Positions 21,001 through 28,500 of a stretch of DNA of 64,000 bases are shown here, one piece after another. Every line of letters begins with the position of its first letter. The first letter of the stretch is position 1. The position numbers and the translations under genes are program-made. Source of the stretch: a virus; IMG/VR virus record IMGVR_UViG_3300031688_000003, positions 32,001-96,000 of that record; one strand, written 5' to 3'. The notes beneath the pieces were generated by a model. That model saw only the letters and a list, made by a program, of their open reading frames with translations. It made no database searches and had not been told where the DNA came from.

Positions 21001-22599
21001 TCAACTGCTCTACCTGGATGTATAATACCTTTCCCTACTAATTGTACATTTGGTGTACTTAGTGCACAAGTAGATTTTTGTACAGCATTTGTAAATGTTA
21101 TGTCTCCTGGTATGGCATCTGGAACTAACAATGTAAGAATTGGATTTGGAGTATGGGATAATGCAAATAGTGCTCAGGTAACAGGTTTAACAAGTAATGA
21201 TTCTACTCTAATAGATCCTATAGCAGGTTCAATAAGCACCTATGATGAAACGTCTGCTTCATATACAGCAGGAGGTACTAATTATGAAACAGCTGTATTA
21301 AGAGCAAGAGCAATGTTATCTGGATCAACAGCAACAAAAAAAGTTGTAATAATAATTACAGATACACAAAATAATACATGTGCTGCGTCCCCTCCAAATA
21401 ATATTTCTGCTGATTTATGGACTTGGAATGCAGCAGGTGGTGGTGATGTTGATACAATTGCTGTATTTGCTGATACTGTTGCTCCTGCAAATAATGGATG
21501 GTGGACTAATTTAAATTGTTTAGTTCAACTTGGTACTGCTGCACAAAGTATTGGTAATGATGCATTTGCAGTTGATTCTTCAAATTATGGAGATGTTGCA
21601 GTTAGTGTTATGAATTCACTTATTAGTTGTGATTGTCCAGTAAATACAGTTCCAGATATACCATCTATTCTTTGTAGTCCTGATCCTGGTGACCCATTAC
21701 CACAATGTGTATCATGTGAATGTCCAGCTGGATATACGCAAGTACCTGTTAATCAAGTTTGTAATTCATTAAATCCACCAACATGTAAGAAGGTAGATTG
21801 TAATTGTCCACCTATACCTGTATTAGATCCTTCATTAGCTACTACTTGGTTTGAGGCTGGAACACAATGTGATGATTTATTTTTAGTTGATACACCTGGT
21901 TATGTAAATCCAAATCCACTTATATGTAATTGGGAATATAAACAATGTGTACCTGCAAATTATACAGTTGGTGGTATGTGGAAACACAATGTAAGAAATG
22001 ATCTGTTTGTAAACTATTATGGAGAAGATTTCCCTTGGGAAGTTACACTAATAGAAAACACTGGTCAAGTTGTCAATACTCTAAGAAGTATAGAGTACCA
22101 ACAAGAATCATATGTATATAAGAATTTTAACTTACCACGTCCTCAGCAGCTTATAGGTACAGATAGATTCCATGATTTAGATTGGAACTTTGATGAAACA
22201 ATAATATATAATTCAGAACAGGTATCAGGATTATTAACTCTTGATCTTACTCCTAAGAATAATATTGTTTTACTTAATCAGTATCCTATAATTAATAATC
22301 CAACTGATATACAAATCCTATATTCTAAAGAAGAACAGAAATATAGATTTAATCAGTTCTGGGATATTACAGATGATAGAGGTGAGTTCACTGGAGTTGA
22401 AAGACCTATATGGATAACAACATTAAATGGGTATATTAAAAACTTAAATCAAGCAAATCTTAATTATATTAAAGCACCTTTGCAGCGTAAGAAGTTTAGA
22501 CATTACTATAATATGATTGTATTAAGAAAGAACGTATCAGGAGACAGAAAGATGTTACTTAAATTAAATAATACTAAAATGAATATATCATTTAGATAA
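15034..22599 (+). CDS. Muzzle / tail stabilisation protein (P22 gp10-like, crAss type) with two vWA insertions (2521 aa)
   Basis: crAss-type segments GMIKD, IYWDDSVNPSRTL, FLRDERYAFFIRFIYNTG.RS..YHIPGR, WESTELYP, CGMPIRHHKMP, FGGDCYVNRYT, SWTVSYDP...WISFHDW and RKKFRHYY. MIDAS DxSxS motifs lie at 19636 and 20989. Confidence 0.8.
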   Translation: MAKKQTPNPSLPQQTSSTESNLFMKGMIKDTFPSISGKEVWEHAINVINNSIDGDTGVIGNEPANFECAEIPYTIIGSIHIYGDHWAIFSTDDFSSEIGTFDDSKCEYTRLINDQCLNFNREHLIIGAAKENFECKYQIYWDDSVNPSRTLTLEDPPYLRIEVSGPSLNGAPCSIYENIQPLTLDCERIRLAPLIDTPCLDLQKAPEGGSLRNGMYQAFIAYTINEQVYGDFIGISNQQSLFEHDDSAGSLILTLSHLDKNFDNYKLVILGNNQEEFKFSEVGEYSTEQTTIKLDYLDQKLKSVPTEYMNKLTPALEKSKGMFVVNDYLVRTQPTNQFDFNYQPLANRIACNWTSVEYPADYYYNGGNKPTFLRDERYAFFIRFIYNTGERSSSYHIPGRAATYYSGSGVSMLETDVIPGDPNALDPTDQIFKVHNTAFVSQLNVNTVQPDGGILRTRGEMGYWESTELYPQDAVRWGDLCGMPIRHHKMPDENTANNGTTDRATPGGTGIYNIAVEFTGIPWPRDNAGNLIPNIVGYEFLVGSREGHKSILGKGILKNMEQYIPSDPSASDGSTSFFIPNYPYNDLTSDPYIKGPGGGGSVGYDSWSGLGYEDWLQGCDNPTGPYNRYSNSVFTFHSPDLMFNRPFLNAYELKSYGVISGTQTGRFKPSEKHPGEKLLRNSTAVLAAFIGVGYAIYAMRGSTDQKMTTGRVLDMGYREEGEITKRSGNNGTFSGGGAWTNLAGSSYNTGTWTGAGGGKGTFNASAPNNDRWQWTSANQISAANRANSPGTGTYDTAANGLFLGLGGITGGAASNKAGAVTWQAAQATNWQGQAGSIGPGQEIVQKGTKFSNKPFWMGLISGAQEFMNFVSTGGQEIIDLIYNLTSFKQYVYKYNSHGWYRNMSANPNGSIFRHSVNKSRYLNGAISQLTPSIRINNLNRPLTVAVELETNGNVDVNGLPTSSLPLPTGDNSKYTIGTAPGQCDWTNPGGATSSGIAAHYCAMKYNIDNQYGQLEDIKQIPIRGCVEFFEDQILLDASGNPIINNLIRFNSKPLFGGDCYVNRYTEKAIMPFFWDYLAENEKDGFVWDYRLYPNVPFPTYWMNTEKYRLDELTKQLGGVNFAFAIASGFNGAFPNDYYYMDRDPASCSGGGLFSSFNDATNSNPGSLFTIHDAYMYLHCNGINDFFVESELNLAQRDWGEDIEKRHYDSLTFSALTDLFHVDGIKKGNYYKYDKSLSIEQNYSRTLSWGFIQPRSYDPTVAEKCYITWNKRLVYSLQAKKEAKKDFWRVFLPLNYKEFKDSVNTIKPISKTGAIVLFPKLSPQIFTGNDELTTDAGTKVVLGDGGLFAERNWRDIVNSDISHEYGSSESSRAVLNTPMGLFFISQEQGKIFQTEGNSLINITNTGMKWWFNKYLPSQLLATFPDAEACPQMIDNPVVSAGCQTVYDTNNDIVYFSKRDFAVTNAFANQSNNCIEYVPCEGFYLNETICNGASQIVTCPDGYTYNSVSEMCELITYDLPFGPPAPACKLDIVLSIDASYSVPLQSNVNSMRLIVQGILDVFDNAMSLGDTQIGIMAWGTRAYDEGSFNATAIACNGLRAPVALTFNPNLLNQTTGFMSEYTCASGTSACCPGVPCGGNDCNVTGGTGYGDAVWSGTNWLFNPTPGPGGTGARPNVPKKLIILNDGWDATSTGWGGTNPDSTGADRALTRPNYINLGQTSSFVATPTTPPMVATAPDTGVVGNISAAQPDNLVQWIQTNIHANAQYQDPTNSNFLGQLEIIPGWLKNNNTPTAAEEAYAQSIAGYDAITGDPNPYMAGDFQAANVQGIINDLVEKICPGILPNCPSGCTPVIQGGVPMCECIDEVPATYEDVLTYIPYQLENPTYFQDVSWTVSYDPKAKAWISFHDWHPELAFNSINHFMTSKTTTTEIPQCPPGYSFNSTLDECCITVAGSDPAFVEVKYIPSDTTVVDSVQTAFSVDTDIALVMDVSGSTALPGCIIPFPTNCTFGVLSAQVDFCTAFVNVMSPGMASGTNNVRIGFGVWDNANSAQVTGLTSNDSTLIDPIAGSISTYDETSASYTAGGTNYETAVLRARAMLSGSTATKKVVIIITDTQNNTCAASPPNNISADLWTWNAAGGGDVDTIAVFADTVAPANNGWWTNLNCLVQLGTAAQSIGNDAFAVDSSNYGDVAVSVMNSLISCDCPVNTVPDIPSILCSPDPGDPLPQCVSCECPAGYTQVPVNQVCNSLNPPTCKKVDCNCPPIPVLDPSLATTWFEAGTQCDDLFLVDTPGYVNPNPLICNWEYKQCVPANYTVGGMWKHNVRNDLFVNYYGEDFPWEVTLIENTGQVVNTLRSIEYQQESYVYKNFNLPRPQQLIGTDRFHDLDWNFDETIIYNSEQVSGLLTLDLTPKNNIVLLNQYPIINNPTDIQILYSKEEQKYRFNQFWDITDDRGEFTGVERPIWITTLNGYIKNLNQANLNYIKAPLQRKKFRHYYNMIVLRKNVSGDRKMLLKLNNTKMNISFR

Positions 22600-25500
22600 T
22601 GGCATATAGTATAGACGGATATAAAAGAGATAGTAAGGATGTAAAGAAACCTTCCAACTTGATACCTTCAGGTAACATTACTATGAAGGGTGTAGACTTT
22701 CCTGTGATGGGTACAGACAATCTTGGTAATCAACAACTTATGCAACCTGGTCTTGATTATCAATTTCCTGGTAGTGAAGTCTTTGAACAACCTATGCAAA
22801 ATCTAACGCAAGATAAACCTAAGAATCAAGTAAAGAAAAGGAAAGTAGATAGAGATAATAAATTAATCACAAACTGGACTTCAGAAATGGGTGATGTATC
22901 TTCACACAAAATGACTAGTATGTCATTTACTGATGATGATGGTAATCCAATATATGTTGCTATTCCAATGTTGTTTCCTACTATTGAAGGACAAGAAACT
23001 CCTGATCCAGCATCATGGACTCAATTTGCAGAAGGTGATGAGATGTCTGCTTTTGAAATGGCTATGCAAAGAGGTGAAGTGTATTACTTTAATTCTGAAC
23101 AAGAATCACATAAGTTTGCTAAAGGTTCTTGGAAAACTCCAAACTTAAAGAAAAGAGATGGTGGTTTAATAAAGCATCAAGACATAGGGTCTAACAATCA
23201 TATTATAAATAATAGAGACTTAAGTGACCCTAATAGGAAGTTTATGAAGCCTACAATAAACTTAAGTAATTATGATGAGCTAGAAGAAACATTAGGAGAT
23301 ACGTCTTGGGTGGACATAATGTCAAAAATGTCTGAGGAAGAGTTTAACAATTTTGTTGCACCTTATAGTAAAAGAACAGATAGTTTAAACAATCTTAAAA
23401 GGTTTACAGGTGATGAGAGATGGTGGGCTGGTAATCTTGCTAATGTTATTTCTGATGAAGAATATGCAAAGGCAAATGAAAATCGTAAATGGACAAGAGA
23501 CAACCATAGAAAAGGGAACCTTCCTAATTATAGTGAAGTGGCACCACTTGGAAAATCTACAGAAGATGTATTTTATGATGCTGAAAAAGCTTACTATAAT
23601 ACACCAGTACACACTAAAGAAGAACTTAATGCTGACTTTGATACTGCTTATCCTTATACATTTAATTCAGTTGCTGGAACGGATCCTTTAAATAAGATAC
23701 CATGGAAGAATGAGATGAAGGATGATCCAGAAAAGTGGGAGGGTTCGTGGTCTGATTATATAAGAAGTACAGATATACAACCTGACTATTATGAAATAGG
23801 GGACATAACCCTTGCTGAAGAAAGTAATCCATTTCATTTTGTATATGACGGTGGAGATCAAGATGGAGAGACAGTTAATACAGCAGTTCCAGATAAAGGG
23901 ATAAAAGATATACAAGATGTACGTAGTCATGATGAATATATGAAATGGTATGATCATCATAAAAAGAGCGGTGTTCTTAATAATAAATCTAAAAAAGATA
24001 TGGATTATTGGGAAGCTTTAACTGATAAAGATAATAATGTATGGACATCTAACTTTAAATATACAGATGCATCACCAAGATATAAGGAACTAGATTTCCT
24101 TGAAAACCCTAATATGAATATATCAGATGGGGAAAGAGGGAGATTATCTGATAGATCTGAACAGTCGTTATCAAGATTTGAAACATTAACGGGTAGAGAT
24201 AGAAAGATGTATAATGATAACCATTTAAATGAAATGGAATATTTTAATTCAATTGGTATATTTGAAACTCCTTTAGATAAACCTATTGCCTACTATCCTA
24301 AAGAAGAAAGGATGGAGTTAATGAAAGTATTAAATGATTATGAAAAGAAACAAAATTCTGAAAATACAGCTTGGACAATAGATTATAAAAATTCTGAGTT
24401 TTATGGTAAAGAAAGAACATATAAGTATGGTGGTTCACTTCCAAAAGCTCAATTAAAGCAAGTTAAGAATGCATATGCTTTAACTAAGAGTTTAATTAAA
24501 GGTAAGCAGTTAGGTAAGGTTTTAAATAAATCATTAAAACTTAATGAATTTATTCCTAAAGCATCAAAGGCTCCAATCATACCAAAAAATAAAATAGCTT
24601 ATGTAACTCCTATAAATACAGATGTAAACATAAACATAGGTAATGATATAATATCTAATAACAAAACTGTAAATGCTGATAATAAATTTAGTTTACAATC
24701 AGATGTCTTTAAGAACAAAATACCATTAACAAGAGTATTAAGTTCTAAAGGTTTAAGATTTACGGATGGTAAATTATTTAGTTCAACAGAACCACATACA
24801 CATTATAAATCAGACAGCAGAGGTGAGGAATTTCCTCTTCGTTTAAAATCAACAAATAGAAATACCACACATTGGTCTTATGGTCATATAGGTAATCCTG
24901 GACATGGGGGTGGAAGTTGGTCAAAGAAGTCTACAGCTATCATTAATGATTATGAAAATTTGTCAAAATCTGGACTTGCCCTAGATCTTGATCCAACTGA
25001 TACATGGTTCTATTCTAAAGGTAATTTTGAAATACCTGCTAATTCATTAATCTTGACTAGAGATAAGACGTTATATAAGAAAATAAAAAAAGAAACAAAT
25101 ATTACAAATATAAAACTATTTGAAAATACTAATAATGAAGATTTTGAAAGTATTGTAAACTCATATTCTACAAGAGGAGGAAAAGGAGCATATACTAGAC
25201 CAACGGATGATATGATAAATCCTAAAGATCAGTTTTTTAATGCAGGAGAAGGTGAAATGATAATGAGAGACTATATGATAAAAAACTATAGTAAAGGAGA
25301 TGATGTATCTTTAACACAGACTGCGGATCACTATAAACCTCATCAGTGGCAAGGACATGATTTTGATTGGGTACACCCCTTTACTGGTAAAAAATCAGGT
25401 ATTACAACAATGCATCCAGATTTTGATCATTCTTATATGGATCTTGGAGATCCTTTTGGAGGAGGTCAGAGTAAGGCACACTCTGGTTCTCCATTATCTA

Positions 25501-28500
25501 CTATAGAAAGAATGGAATATAATTGGGGAGATAATATGACAACTAATCATGGATTATACAGTAGTAACAACAGATGGGGCAATGGTGATAGATCAGGAAG
25601 CTTAGATATATTAGCAAAATTACCAAAAACCATACAAGTAAATGAAATGGAGAAGGTAATGAAAACCTATAAAAATCAACGTGAAGGTCTTAGACTTCAA
25701 CAAGAACTAGCAGAATTAAACGGGTTTAAATCATATAAAGAATTCAAGAACTCAATATCAAAACAAGAATGGTTAGATTTTAAGAGAGATGGTGGCTCAC
25801 TAAACAAAGCACAATGGTGGAATCCTAAGAATGCATATGCTTTAGCTAATACTATATCTAAATCATTTAAACCAGCTAAATCACTTCTTCCTAAACCTAG
25901 TTTTAAAAATATAAACTACCAAAAATTATTACCTTTTACTGAATCAGGTTCTACTCTTGTTCCTCAAACCCATATGAGTAGTGGGAAGGAAGGAACTAGT
26001 ATGGATCTATCAGAGACATTAAATTCTATTTATGCTGATAACAAACCTATGTGGTTTGGTCCTACTGCAACAAGTAATAGATATAGAATGACAGATGATA
26101 ATAATAAATTTATTCCAACAATTCCTGGACAAGGTGGACTTTTTCAAGTAGGTTCTGGAAGACTTGGTAATACAGGTAAACCAGGTTTTGATGAAATACC
26201 ATTTACAGAAGCAACAATGCCATTTGGTGGTCTGGCAAATGATGGTTACCACCTTAATCTAGAAACTGGATTGCCTAATTACAATGATCCACTAATGGAT
26301 CACAAACTTTTAACAAAAAATGCTTTTCAAAATAAGATTGATGGTGTTTTTAATCCTAATACTAAGTTTAAAATATTTAAGAGTGACCTCTCCAAAGGTA
26401 ATCATGCAATGCACCAGAAATGGTCAGACAAAGAACTTGCTAAAATTAAAGCAGATGGGTATGATGCTATTCAACTTGTAGATCAAAATGGTAATCAGAT
26501 AGAAAATATATTACTTAATAAAGAAAAGTTTAAGATAAATAAGATCAATGATATGGATGTACACATTGACAATCCTGAATTCAAATATGGTGGATCACTA
26601 CCTAAGGCTCAATGGTACAATCTAAAGAATGCATATAATATCGGTAAGGGTTTAGTAAATACAATAAAGAGTCCTTTTATTAATGATTTAGTGCAAGGTA
26701 GTAATAAACTCTATAGGGGTATAGGACCAGCTGGATATAATAGTGCAGTAAATACTGGTAAGATACTATCAAATGTAAACCCAACTGCAGTAAATGAAGG
26801 TGCTTTTAATTTAACAAAGAACTTTGGAAATAAAACTTTTTTCACTCCTAATGTTGAAACAGCAAGTAAATATGGTGATGGTTATATAGCTGAAATAAAT
26901 AATGATGTTAATGATTTTAGTAATAGATATAATTCAGACTGGAGTCAGTTTACAACTGACCCTGTTTTCTTAAGTCAATCTAACATATATAAAATGAATA
27001 TGTTAGGAAATTATAAAAGAATACTTTCTCAAAATACAGTAGGAGATCATAGTAAAATAAACTTTTTAGATAATGTTAAACTTAGGACAAATTATACATC
27101 TAGTACAGGTTTAGATTATTATGGTCATAGAAATGTTAAACATAATATAAAAGGAGGATGGCCTACACAGTTAGAGGTTGAAAAACTAAAAAAAGATTCA
27201 GGTTTAACACTAACACAAGATAACTTAAGAAGTTATGTAGAAAAGATTGGTAAAGTTGGCGGTGGTAAATATCCTAAAACAACTTTATATAGATATGGTG
27301 ATATGGCTACAAATGCAGCTGGTAATAAAGACATGGGTTACTATTCAGCAGATCCACTTGATCCACTTAGATACAGTGAAAGAGCAGATAGAACTTTTAA
27401 TGGAAGTGTTTTTAAAATTGATGTTGAAAATGAATTACTACCAGAATTTTATAAAGGAATAGGATTTGGTAACCAAGGTAAAGAACCAGGATTTCAATCA
27501 GGAACATTATTTAAAGAATTTGAAGTTCCAGAAGATTTTTTAGGTAAATTTGGAAATCAACAAACTTTCAAAACTTTATCTGATTATAAAAAATGGCTTA
27601 ATACAGTTAAGCAATCTGGAGGATCATTAACTAAACATCAAGTTCCTAAATTAATTAAAGGTGCATTAGACTTAGGTAAGAAGGTGAAGAATATTATTTC
27701 TCCTAAAAATGTTAACTCAATTATAGATTGGAGTAAAGTCAGTCCTGCAATATTAGCTAATAAAAACTTATTAAGTGAATATGCTGATATAGAAATGGCA
27801 ACTAAAGCAAATGCAACATGGATGAAGAATGATGATGGTACTTCTTTCTGGGGTACACCTCAACAGTTTATTCAAGTAAATAGTGAGGCCTTTAAAAACT
27901 CTTATCCAGAAGGTTATAAAAGAGTATTCAGAGGTGAGTCAGGTACTTTGAAATTAACAGATCCTCTTTATTCAGGAGCTGCAGATATAGAATCAGGTAA
28001 TAAAGGTATATTTACAGCAAATGAAGGTTTAGCTAAACTATATACAAACGATTATAGATTAGGGTCAAATAGTAGTATTCTTCAATTAGCAATACCTAGT
28101 GTTAGTGATGGTAGCAAATACTTAAATATAAACGGTCTAGGTAATGATTGGACAGATCTTAGTTCTATAGGTACTACAAAAAAGACTCTTGAACTAAATA
28201 TAAAGAATTTAGAAAATAACATAAAGAAGGATGCAGAAGGATTTCAATGGGCATCTGGCAGTGGTAGTTTAGAAAGTTATGATGTAAATAAACACTTACA
28301 AAGTTATAAAGATTTTTACAATAACTATGATGAGATAGTTGCTAATCCTATCTATAAGAAATTACTTGAGTTTAAAGAAGCTGCTTGGGAAAATGACAAA
28401 ATTCTTAATGGGGGAAATTTAGCAGGACGACAAAGTTTTGGAACTGGAGATGTAGGTGACTTTATGGAAAAATCAGGTTTAAATAATATAAGATTAAACT

